Shown piece by piece: positions 1 to 11,400 of a DNA stretch of 64,000 nucleotides. Where the stretch lies: NCBI RefSeq assembly GCF_964204645.1, contig NC_134031.1, positions 19,041,910-19,105,909 of the forward strand. The letters are read 5' to 3'. The notes under the pieces were generated by a model. The model was given only the letters and a program-made list of their open reading frames with translations, was not told where the DNA came from and made no database searches. This DNA is from Tubulanus polymorphus. Taxonomy: Eukaryota; Animalia; Nemertea. The translations under genes were made by a program, and so were the position numbers. Position 1 is the stretch's first letter. Each line of letters begins with the position of its first letter.

Positions 1-90
1 TTCCCCCTCCTCAATACCCCTCCCCCCACCACCACCTACATATTATATTTGTATGGGATCTGATGATGATGTTAATTGATTTATTTACAG

Positions 91-270
91 ATGATGATTA
101 TAATGGGTGTTGTTATCGGCCTTGTTGTTATAGTGGTTGGATACTGGCTTTATACTAAGTTCCATACACCTGCCGCAGCTGCTGCTCCAGCTGCCGGAAC
201 GGCAGCCGGTACCGGCGCGCCGCCGCCCGCAGCCGGTCCGAGTCCCGCATCGGGCCCGGCCGCCGATTAG
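91..270 (+). CDS. Synaptobrevin/VAMP alternative terminal exon A (nSyb-like TM helix plus Ala/Pro/Gly-rich luminal tail); SNARE-motif exons lie upstream of the window
   Basis: Acceptor ttatttacag|ATG at 90/91; MMIIMGVVIGLVVIVVGYWLYTKFHTPAAAA...* resembles the MMIIMGV/MMIILGV start of the synaptobrevin TM exon. Confidence 0.7.
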   Translation: MMIIMGVVIGLVVIVVGYWLYTKFHTPAAAAAPAAGTAAGTGAPPPAAGPSPASGPAAD

Positions 271-1941
271 TCTCTTTAATCCATTTTGACTCCTACGATG
301 CCCATTGGTAATGATAAAAATATCGAACCGTCAAAAATAACGATTCTATTTCGTGATTAGCTTTCACCGCCGCGTCAGGCGTGGTCGCAACTGATACTCA
401 CCAGGTGGCGTTGCGACCGTGCCGAGTGTGCATATTTCTTTGCATGTTACCTATCTGCATCATTTACGATTTTCTCAGTTTTTATCTTCGTCATTTTTCA
501 TTCTGATGATATTTTGTCTCTTTCTCTTCGTAAAAGTGTTTTCGATGATTTATCGCGGCTTCGCTTTAGTTTTTCGGTGACCCCTGGCTCCACACGGCCT
601 TGCAGGGGTCACCGGCCCCGAACGATTTTGTAGAGATGCGCACCACCACCTGTTCTGGTGAACTTCAAAATATTCAAAACTTTTCGCTGAAATCTTAGAT
701 CGTAATTTCCAAAAAATTCGTCAAAACTTCTGGCTTTGATGGATGAATAAAGAATTAAAGAATAAGTTTTCGAAGCGCTATTTAAAGATGTCATGATGTA
801 ATATGACTTGATGAATATTGATAGAAGTAAATAAGACTTAGTGAACTGTGGGCGGGAATTGTGAGCCTTTCTGGATTAAAGAGAATCCAAACTCAGAATA
901 ATTGAAATTACTGATTCGAAACAAGCCTTGAATTTCTCCAACGCAAAACACTAAAAGTGTTCGTAGTGTTATTGATTTTGTTTTGTCCGTACAATATTTT
1001 TGCAAGAAACTGATTCTGAATATTCTGGATCCTGAGATAAATGTATTATACGCAGGTATCAATGTGCATCCTGGAACCCAGCTCTTCGTACATGCATCAA
1101 TTGTTGATACCTGAGTGAGCCTAGCACCGGCCTAGTTCGAGTTTTAAAGTCCTGCTCCTCACCTCTCTGAGCTCTTACCATATTCAGAATCAGTTCACAT
1201 AAATTCACTGTTAGTTAAATGTTGTTTTATTCACCGCGTTTTTTCTCTCTCTCTCTGAAAGTCGAGCAGACGACTTTCGATCGACCAATCACCATCGAGC
1301 TCTGGACGCGAGGATTTTGAGTTGTTTTCGGTTTACCTATGCCGTCACATTTGAGCCACTGGCGCGGTACCGCGGTTCTGACTTGTGTTCACGATTCGAA
1401 TCTACTCGTACCTTACAAATTGCATCCCAATATCGTTATCTGATATAATTTGAACTTTGTCAAGCATCTCATATCTCAGAATTTGTGGTAAACCTCTTGT
1501 CCCATGAGCAATCATTTCAGAAATGTTGCTGGCAATGAGAGATAATCCCCGATTACTATGACCGGTCTGCATTAGATTCATCTGTTCCGGAACAACAGAC
1601 TAGAAAGTGAAACTGAACCTGGCACAATTATTTATTTCGAGTTGGCAAAATGACCAAGAGAAAATTGAGACAAAAATTTTTCTAATTGGTCACCATAGCA
1701 TAAAATTTTTGACCGAATTCCGCAGTTGTTGGATTTTGTTTGAATCTAGAGTTGATTTTGATTAGAAGTTGGCTCTAGATTCAAATTCCGATTGGGAACT
1801 GCGCAACCAAATTCTGACAGTTTGTTTAATAAGAAATGTCCAGCTACAGTTGAGTGTAATGTACGCCGATCTTGTGATATCTGCACGGCGTGTTGTGTTG
1901 TGACTTTGTTGTTTTATTTTGTATATTTTATTGTTTTATAG

Positions 1942-3007
1942 ATGTGGATTATTTTGATATCTGTGATAGTAGTTATTTTAGTCATTATCATCGGTAAGTA
2001 TATCTCGCGATGCTTCATACCGACACCTCATGAGTTGAGATTCTAAAACTGTCCATCTATTGCAATCGGTAATGTCCTCAATTTTTCGAGTTCATTAAAT
2101 AAATCCCGCTCATTTTGTCGTCGTTTGAAGCGTCTGCTTTTCATTCAGTGTTATTTATATTATACCAGACCCGGTTTCATACTGAATTCAAATTTAAATC
2201 TATTGGAGTCGGGTGTTCTCGGTCCAGTGTCGTGAAAAAGTTAAACTGAAATTTTCGGTTTCGTAGCTATCGGCTATTTCATGTTTTCAATGATAACAAC
2301 AATATCAAGACTTCACTGTTTTGAGGTTAAACTTTTTCATGAAATTGGACCCTTGAATATTATATCTATCTGTGGAAAACACAGAAATTCTTCAATATAG
2401 TCAGTTATATGCGGGAGGCTTTACTCTTCTCGGGTCGCGACTGCTAATTTTGCGTCGAGCCGTGTTTCGATTAGTCTCTACCGATTCCCAAAATTCTCTT
2501 CTGGCCTACGTCCGTTTCGACCAGAATATGCTCTACCTATTCGAAAATACTAGAATTGACTAGAATACGTTCAATGTGTCTGAAGTTTCAATCCAATCGA
2601 AGAGAAAACAGAGAAAATTTCAATCAATCCAAGAAGAGCTCAGTCTATTGTATACAGAAATCAAAAACCACTGTATTACACCTGTATCGAATATTACGAG
2701 GTGACAGGTTTTCGCTTTATTTTAATCTGACTTTCTTTTCAATACGTATATATATATATATATAAGACACTGTCATCCGATGAAAGCATGAAATTTGATC
2801 TATTTTATATCGGATCATCGTAACGAATGACGAATCAATATCGATCAAATCGATCTCAGCCTCGACTCGGAGAAAAAACTGTTTAAATCTCCTTACGAGA
2901 AATACAAACATTTGTGACGCGTACAACTTAAGCTTTATTTGACTTGACGAGATTATTTTTCTTCTATTTCAGTATGGGTAGTGCTTAAAAACAAGAAGCA
3001 GACATAA
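1942..3007 (+). CDS. VAMP3: Synaptobrevin/VAMP alternative terminal exons B (1942-1993, 2973-3007), cellubrevin/VAMP3-like C-terminus; partial gene
   Basis: ttttatag|ATGTGG...ATC G|gtaagt (52 nt) spliced to tttcag|TA TGG GTA...TAA gives MWIILISVIVVILVIIIVWVVLKNKKQT*, resembling VAMP3 MW...IIIIVWVV, with the same phase-1 intron at the end of the TM helix. Confidence 0.75.
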
Positions 3008-3039
3008 AAAAACCAGTGAGGATTCGACTAGCTACACAA

Positions 3040-3136
3040 ATATATGCATATATTTATATATACGTGTATATACATATATGTATAGGTATTATGTATATAT
3101 ATATATGTGTATATATATATAATATATATGTATATA
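3040..3136. repeat. Imperfect (TA)n/(TATG) microsatellite in VAMP 3' UTR
   Basis: Runs of atatat/gtatat directly visible. Confidence 0.8.
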
Positions 3137-4080
3137 TTTTCTGGTTGTTCGGAGGTTCACGTTTGTGGCGACTCGATCATCTTGTTTACGATACGTCAAA
3201 TAGTTATTCGTGCAATAATTTTCTCCCGCCCCTCGCCCTCTTAAGAAAAAAGTCGTAGGGTTTGTTGTTCGTTTTCTTCTTTATTCCGGAAGCCGCGTCC
3301 CTAAATTCCCGGTCGCCACACAACGCGTAACTCGGCGTGTAGTCGACAGCGCCTCCTGGTGGTAATCGACGAAACTCGAGCGGACAGATGTATAGAGCAG
3401 ATGGACTATAGGGGGCGCTGTCGGATTGTGAATAATGAACGAATATCCAAACGTAATAATATATTGTGTAGCGAATTACTCGATGGTAACTGAATGCGTA
3501 TGGAAAAAAAACGTCGAAATTTCAACAAACAAAAAAAATTACGTCTAAAGCTGCACCTTTTGTCGTGAGTGTCGGAATAGAAACCCATTATTGTGTATTA
3601 TATAACAACAGAACAAATTATTATTCATGAAGGGAAAACCTAAAAATATGTAATCATTAATCGAATGAAAGATTTTGTAGCGAGTTTATGTCATTATCTC
3701 CCGTTGATTTTGGTTTATATACAAAACGAATCTTTCTTTCTTTTTTTTTGATTTATCAGCGCAAGGTTCGACAGTTGAAATGTGCACCTTTTATATGATG
3801 ATTTTTGTCAAACATATGTATATGATGTAATTTTTGTCCCATCGAAACGAGAATTGAACACCGCAAGAGCTCGGGGGGGGGGGGGGGTCGAGTTTAGTCG
3901 TTGATGGGGCTGTTCGTAAAGTGTGTACGCATCCATGGGGTGAGGGATGTTTTAGAAATTACTCGCTTCTCCCTATGTACATAAAATGCTTAAGATTGTT
4001 ATATTTTGCGTATGTAGTTTAAGCACAGCCCCTCTGACTTCGTAAGAACTATCGGGTAAATTGAAATACGCTTTAACTCT

Positions 4081-4217
4081 GGGGCTGGTTGCACAGTCGT
4101 GACTTATCGGTAAGTTCAAAAGTGGTCTTAAATCTTAAGACTGGTCTAAAGTTGTTAGATTGGGCTATAGAATTAAGTTGGTCCTTAGTCTTAAGCTGTG
4201 AGTACGCAACTTGCCCC
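4081..4217. mobile_element. Short MITE (possibly PIF/Harbinger-like)
   Basis: Imperfect TIRs ggggctggttgc...gcaacttgcccc with CTG on both flanks; internal aagttcaaaagtggtcttaaatc recurs in reverse at about 61845. Confidence 0.55.
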
Positions 4218-4237
4218 TGGTCTTATCTTCAAGATCT

Positions 4238-4915
4238 TTGAAACCGGCCATGCACAAGTGAAACCAGCCCCGCAGTAGTGGAACTGGCATCGGACTAGTG
4301 AAACCGGCCCCGCACTAGTGGAACCGGCATCGCACTATGGTGAAACCGGCCACGCACTAGTGGAACTGGTATCGCACTAGTGAAACCGGCCCCGCACTAG
4401 TGAAACCGGCATCGCAATAGTGGAACCGGCCTTGCACTGGTGGAACTGGCCTCGCACTAGTGAAACCGGCCCCGCACTAGTGAAACTGGCCTCGCACTGG
4501 TGAAACCGGCCCCGCACTAGTGGAACCGGCATCGCACTATGGTGAAACCGGCCCCGCACTAGTGGAACTGGTATCGCACTAGTGAAACCGGCCCCGCACT
4601 AGTGAAACCGGCATCGCAATAGTGGAACCGGCCTTGCACTGGTGGAACTGGCCTCGCACTGGTGGAACCGGCCCTGCACTAGTGGAACTGGCCTCGCACT
4701 AGTGGAACCGGCCCTGCACTAGTGGAACCGGCCCCGCACTAGTGAAACCGGCCCCGCACTAGTGGAACTGGCCTCGCACTGGTGGAACCGGCCCTGCACT
4801 AGTGGAACTGGCCTCGCACTAGTGGAACCGGCCCTGCACTAGTGGAACTGGCCTCGCACTAGTGGAACTGGCCCTGCACTAGTGGAACTGGCCTCGCACT
4901 GGTGGAACCGGCCCC
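4238..4915. repeat. 20-bp minisatellite (about 33 units, consensus gcactagtggaaccggcccc) with about 202-bp higher-order duplication
   Basis: Directly visible head-to-tail units; the same variant order starts at about 4298 and again at about 4500. Confidence 0.95.
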
Positions 4916-7297
4916 TGCTTCCACCTTATTTCCTCCTTTCTCTGATCATTCCATTTTGAATTGCTGACTGTATTTGTTGATGTACATGTTCTTATCAATT
5001 TCAAGTCTTAGACAAAATAAGCCATTATGATAATATAAGTAGAACCTCTTCTTGTGTCAGAATTTTCTCGCTAGCATTTCGATCTGAACATCGATGAAAA
5101 TACGTAACACAAAGCGCTCGAATCATTTTGGCTCGAACCTGATTTTACTAAATCTGTCGACTCTGGATTTACGAAACCGAAGAGCTCTTTGTCTATGATA
5201 ATATATTTGTAAGGAGTTTTTCGTAGAAGGGTCTCATCGGTTTTGTCATCTAGTCGGACATAGCGCTTGAGGAGGTCGAAGACCTGTCTCGATAGAGACT
5301 TGCATATAAAAGAAAATCGAATGTTTTGCAAAAGAAACAAATTTCGGAGAGAAATGGCTGGCTGTTAGTGAAATACTGATCGAGAGAGAATACGAATAGT
5401 GTGCGTGTCTTATCATCACTTATATCTAGAAAAAAAGGGGTTTATTATTGAGACCGCGGCTTAGAAAGACGAGAAATTTCTATATATCGGGAAAAAAGTT
5501 TGTTGTGCGTTGATTAAAAAGACCCCTGTTGTAAACTACCCTGAGAATGATAAATAAATCCTTGAAGTTATCATTATTATTATTATTAGTGTAAATAATA
5601 TAAGCGTAGAGTTATTATTGATATGATTATTATAATTTGTTTGTGTACTTATATATTATTATAAGAAATTCTATGTAACTATGTCGACGGGCAAATGTGA
5701 TTTTTGAATATGTTATTTACGAAAGAAAACGGTAAAGTCATCTGCGCGCATTTATCAATACACTCACTTGCCAGGGCTCTACTTCTATAAGTTTGAAAAC
5801 ATTAGAATCCAGTGAAAGTTTGAAACTAGGGTCGTCGTAAGTTGAGTCAGCCCTTGCTGTTTGACGAGGCCCGGGATCAAATTTCAGAGCTAATTTTATC
5901 AAACTTAAGCCTATATATAACTTCTGGACTTAACACTGAGTGTTGCCTGCCCCTGGCAGGTGGGTATTCATTTTCCGTTTCGCTTTTTCATATTAGAATT
6001 TGGAATAGTTTCCAGCCTGACCATAACACACACACGCAGACTGACAGTATCGTCACGCTTGATTAATCCGCTTGAGTTTCTCTCAGTATCTGGTGTAAAT
6101 TACCTGTAAAAAATGAACACTAAAATTAATAATAAACATATTATCAAATAAATAAATATTATTGCGACAAGATAAGTGTTGGGCAAAGACAATATAATAA
6201 GTACATACATGTTCTATTATTGAATATTGATTATTATTATTATTATTATTATTGTTAATCAGTATCGGGTTGATTGAAGTCGAACGTATTTTGTGTCATC
6301 TCCCGAGATTCCTCCCCTCCCCACATCTTCCATCTCGTACATTATAGTCATCATATTCTTTATAAGAGAAACCTAAACTATCGATGTTCATTTCCTAAAT
6401 GATGTTGATTTTTAGCGCCCGCGATTTCATGAAATTGTCGTTGAAGGAAGTTACCGAAAATGCGGAAAAACCAAAAATTTGAGTTCTTGATTCAGTGATT
6501 TATTCATTTTCACGCGAAAGTCACCTCTCTGAATCAATTTCATATGAACAATATTCGATCGGCTCAGATTCATGGTTGTAACTATTTTCTGTCCGTGTGA
6601 AGTTGTCATAAATGATCAGATTCATTAAAGAATATGAAAAAGAAATTCATCAAAACGTTTCGAATAGAATTTGCAGATTTGATGTAAATATAAAAGACGA
6701 CGATGTTGTTTGACTAGAAGCCGCTTATCAATTGTAAATAGCCCGCAGTGTTTAAAATCTGAATGTGTGCGAGGGGTCTTTATTGATACCCCTAACAACG
6801 ACCGTTCAACTCAGCACTCGCTGTCCGATTCCATGAGTTCAGTCCGTGATGCGACCTGTTCTTAAGACAGCGCATCCTCCTCGTTATAACTCGAGGGTTC
6901 ACGGATGCAAATTAGATATTTCTGCACACGGTTCCACGGCCCAAGTTCATTTCTGATGTCAAATTTTATCTCAGAACAGTTGCATCGGGTTCATATCTTC
7001 AAGAAGTCGTGTGAAAACGATTAATCCGAAATCTCTTGGTAAATTATGTTAGTTTTGAGTTTTGTCATTGGTCAAATCCCTAAAATTCCTTATCTCGTAT
7101 TCGTGTTCAAGGTTCGAGATATTATTTCGTTGTCAAATACTATTCGTCACTTTTTGGTTTGAAGAAAAAAGACCTTGAGCTCAAATGAATATTTTAAGAT
7201 GCCCCTGGACTAAAAACAATTTGATGGAAAGAAGTGTTTTTTTTTTAATTTCTGGAAGTCTGTATAACTGTAGATGATAAATATTAATAAGACGTAG

Positions 7298-7363
7298 CTT
7301 ACTGCCACGCGGGGACCGGTTCGAAATCTCCTTACTGTCACGCGGGGACCGGTTCGAAATCTC
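7298..7363. repeat. 33-bp tandem duplication
   Basis: cttactgYcacgcggggaccggttcgaaatctc x2. Confidence 0.9.
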
Positions 7364-7962
7364 CTAGTAGAACGGGGATAGCCCAAGATTGGAGACCTGA
7401 AGAACATCGAGAGTTTTAACCTCGATGACTGATAGTCAAGACTTTGGGTCGAAATTGAAACTCGTCCAGAAATATTGAAATTCATTGCGCAAGTGTTTGT
7501 GAACCAGTCCGATTCAGTGCGGGAACCAGTCCATCCGTCGTGATAACGATAAGCTACGTTCTTGTTTTTCGATACTTCTCTAGTGTTTATATAAATATTA
7601 TTAAACATTGTAGAATTGTGTAGTTGTCCAGTAGAGAATGTGTCTCTGTACAAAGAAATAAAGGTGACATGTATGAGAAATAATAACTTAATCGCCTTTC
7701 GTTTTCATTTGTCTCGCTGGAATTAATGAATGAACTATTGGTGTTAAAGAACTTCTGGCGTCCATTCTGCAACCAGGCTTCATCCCTCACAGGTGATCGA
7801 TACCTTTTCATCAATTTGCCAATTTCCCATGGTTCAAACTCGACTCAGTTCCGCGGGCTTCACGCGATAATTTTTGATCGAACAAACTACTAACACCTGT
7901 TCAATCAGTATTTTCATGGACTTTTGCTTTTGCATATGAAACTTTCTTCCTTTGGTACAGGG

Positions 7963-8140
7963 AGTACCGGTTAGCGAAAGTGAAACTAGTCACCTCTTGG
8001 TTTTTCCGCGTTCGCCTAAAACCGATGAGGTGCGCAGTACTGAACCTCAGCGTGTAGGCCTACCATGAAATTGGTTTTCCCTATTACCGCGTCTACTTCA
8101 GTTCATTAGTACCGGGTAGCGAAAGTGAAACTGCGTCACC
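7963..8140 (+). promoter_or_regulatory. Putative ZNFX1 promoter with two copies of an IRF-E/ISRE-like element and kB-like sites
   Basis: agtaccggKtagcGAAAGTGAAActVgtcacc at 7963-7994 and 8108-8140; ggtttttcc (about 7999) and ggttttccc (about 8073) lie between them; 300-470 bp upstream of the ATG. Confidence 0.5.
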
Positions 8141-8436
8141 GTTAAGGCGCGCAGCCGCAGTACTGAGTTTATTACCGGACAGTGAATCCGGCGCGACATA
8201 TTCAATAAGGGTCCAAAAGGAAACTTCACTGACCGGCAAGGCTTGAAATACATTCATTGTTCGTAAAGAACAAGCAATGGAGAATACAGTCAAAGTGTCG
8301 AAAAATTCGGTTCATAGAATTTGATAAGATACGGGCCAAAATTCACGTATGGAGATAGGTATGACAATAAACAGCTGTCATATTCCATGTATTTTCAGAG
8401 TTAATTAATCGTTCTAGAGAAAAGTGCAATATAAAA

Positions 8437-11400
8437 ATGTCAAGAAAGAAAAATAAGGCATTATTCGAGGTTTTTGTTAGGGGATTACCACAATTAGTTA
8501 AAGAAGAACAGCTGCGAGACTTCCTTTGGAATTCAGGTGGCGTCATGGTAACTATCCTTATGATTTTTCCAAATTATTTTGGTGACTTTCCGGTGTAAAG
8601 ACATTATCTATCTAGAGTTGACACGGGTTCAAACTCATCCTCCCGCGGCAGGGATTCGAACCTGATGGCATCGAGATTGCCACAGTGAGTGTAGCGATGC
8701 CATCAGGTTCGAATCCCTGCCGTGGGAGGATGGTTCAAAGTATTCTAAGACTAACTAAGTGTTTGTTTTCTAGGCGCAAGGGATAGAGCTACCAAAAAAT
8801 CGTGAGGGTAGAAATAAAGGCTTCGGTTTTATTCAGTTCAGGGACGAGAGATCATTTGAAAAGACCATTAATCTGAAAGAGGTGGTTACATATCGATACA
8901 TGTAGCTTTATGGACATGGCCTTTGCATCCTTGGATGTCATGGGTTGTTTTTTTATATATTCAGAAATTCTTTGGCAGGCCGTTGGTTTTTGTAGAATCA
9001 AACAAAGGTAAACGTAATTCGTCATGTTACAACCGGGATTTAATCATATTTCAATTTGTTAAGAGCATTCATCAAAACATGATTTGATAGGGTGGAATTT
9101 CTCGATGAGTTTTTAGAACATTATGTTATACATGTACTTTCGCCAGTTTCATTCATTCCTGAAAATGAAATTTCTATTTTATCAGGAAAATGTTTGCGAC
9201 CAGGTGGTCGTATGATCCATAAAGATGCCTCGCAGAAAAATGAATATAGAGCTAGAAGTAAAGAACATAGAAATTTACGGTAAATAACGATGCCCTTCTT
9301 GGCAAATACGTTCATTAACATACCATTTGTTTGTACACAGTAAAACTTTGCTTAATTCGGTTCGGGATTTTTCGGATTTTGATTTAAATTGCGCTGATGC
9401 AGTTCAGTTTGCCCTTTAAATCAAAGATTACTATCTCTTTCATTCGGATCCGACTTTTCTAAATTCGGACTAAAATATCAGTTCCTTAAGAAAATTTCTG
9501 TTGAAATAATTACAATTGATTCAGATCGGTAATATGCCTGTTAGTGTAGCCACAACGATCTCCCGATCTGACACAGTGTAACTTGTATTTCACTGCAACT
9601 ATGTGCTTCCGCGCTGTCTGCAGACATGTTTCTGTCACTGCGATTTTACTTTTCACTAGAGACCGGCGCACGCGAAGAACAAATATTTCTTTTGAATATG
9701 TTTCGCAGAATAAAGAGCATGGAGCTACTAGCAGTAAAGAACGTAGACGTTTACGGTAAATATTGATTCGCTTCTTGGCGAATAGATTCGTTAACGTACG
9801 ATTTGTTCATATGTGTAAAAATGTGCATTTTTGACAGGTTGCTACGTAAGATTGACGAATTGCTGCATCCTTTGCTTGATGATATGACTACACCAGAAAT
9901 CTTCGTCTACTTGAAAGATAATCTGCCTTTATTAAAGGATCTGATGGATGACAAGTTTATTTCTTCGGAAACGTTTGAAGTTCTCATTAAAGCTATACAA
10001 TCAATTTGTGGTCAAAGCGAGGATTTGCCTATTTTACACGCTATTATCAACTCTACTATTTACAATCCAGCTGGCACAATAGATAAATATTGTAATGATT
10101 GTAAAAAATTAGGACGCCTAGATGATAGTCAAATCGGTACATTTCTGAATGTATTAAAATTGTCCAATGAAATTCTCAAGAGGCTTCCCAATCAGGCGCA
10201 TCTTCGAATTTTGTTCGTCATAAAAGGATTTGAGATCACATTTGAGAAGATAGAAATGCAGAACACAGATGTGCTAGGGGAACTTGACCAATTGCAACAA
10301 CTACATGATACCACAATTAAGAAGGTACTTCGACAAGAAGCACGCGATGAAGGGACAGCGGAGAATGTTGATATATTACTTGGGTCTATACTACCAAAAG
10401 TTGAAGACTTTCGTATCAAACCACTAATTGATGAAAATCTAGTTTATGGTTGTTACAAATCAACAACGCATTACCTTAGTACTCAATTTCAGCTGTTACG
10501 TGAGGATTTTATTCGTCCAATTCGTTCTGCAGTACAGCAGTATCTAGCCAGCTTCAGTGATAAAAAGAAAATTACTCGTCTCCAAGATGCCTTCATTTAC
10601 CATGATGTCAGGTTTATTGCGACAGATTCGTTTGAAAAGACTCGTCTGCAGTTTCACTCGAGAAATCTAAAAAGAGTTCGATGGCAGAATTGTAAACGGT
10701 TTATCTATGGTTCGCTTGTTTGTTTATCAGCCGATCGATTTGAATCGATGATTATTGCTACTGTGATGGATCGTGACCCAAAAGAGTTGGCTGAAGGATA
10801 CGTAGATGTGAAAATAATATCTGCGGTTTCATCATTGCCATTAAACTATAAAGAGAAATGTTATGTCCTCATCGAGGGACAGTCTTACTTCGAAGCATAC
10901 CGTCATAATCTAAAACGACTTCAGTCTTTGAAAAGAGATTTTGATGCAGGCGTTGAGCTTCCATTCCGTGACTATTTTGTGAGTCCAAAGAATGTTACCG
11001 TCGCACACCCTAAGTATCTGTTGATAAGGAAATTAGAGTCTACTGACAGTGTCACTGACGAACCTCTTCCTGATGATATATTTTCTGATATAAATATGCA
11101 TTGCTTAAGGTCTGATGACACAGAGATGCGATTGAAAGAATTTTTGGATTTTTCTAATTGGCCATCAGAGGAAAATTCATGTTTGGATACATCGCAATTG
11201 GAAGCGTTACACCACGCATTAACACATGAGGTTGCAATTATCCAAGGTCCTCCAGGAACTGGCAAGACCTATCTTGGTCTAAAAGTAGTAGAATTCCTTT
11301 TTGACAATGAATCGGTCTGGGAAACAAAGGAGAAAAAGACATCGCTAGGGAATCCGAAACGAACAAAACAGTTTAAAGATAAAATCATGGTTGTCTGTTA

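Noticed and set aside
4238-4915. CRISPR-like array of palindromic repeats
   Set aside because: Units are contiguous with no unique spacers, there are no cas genes, and the context is eukaryotic.
5071-5340. 89-aa minus ORF
   Set aside because: No motif or splice support; probably antisense to VAMP 3' UTR or intergenic.
8349-8398. Upstream mini-exon ATGGAGATAG|gtatga extending ZNFX1
   Set aside because: Would need a 40-nt intron, shorter than others seen here; ATG 8437 has good context (aaaaATG).
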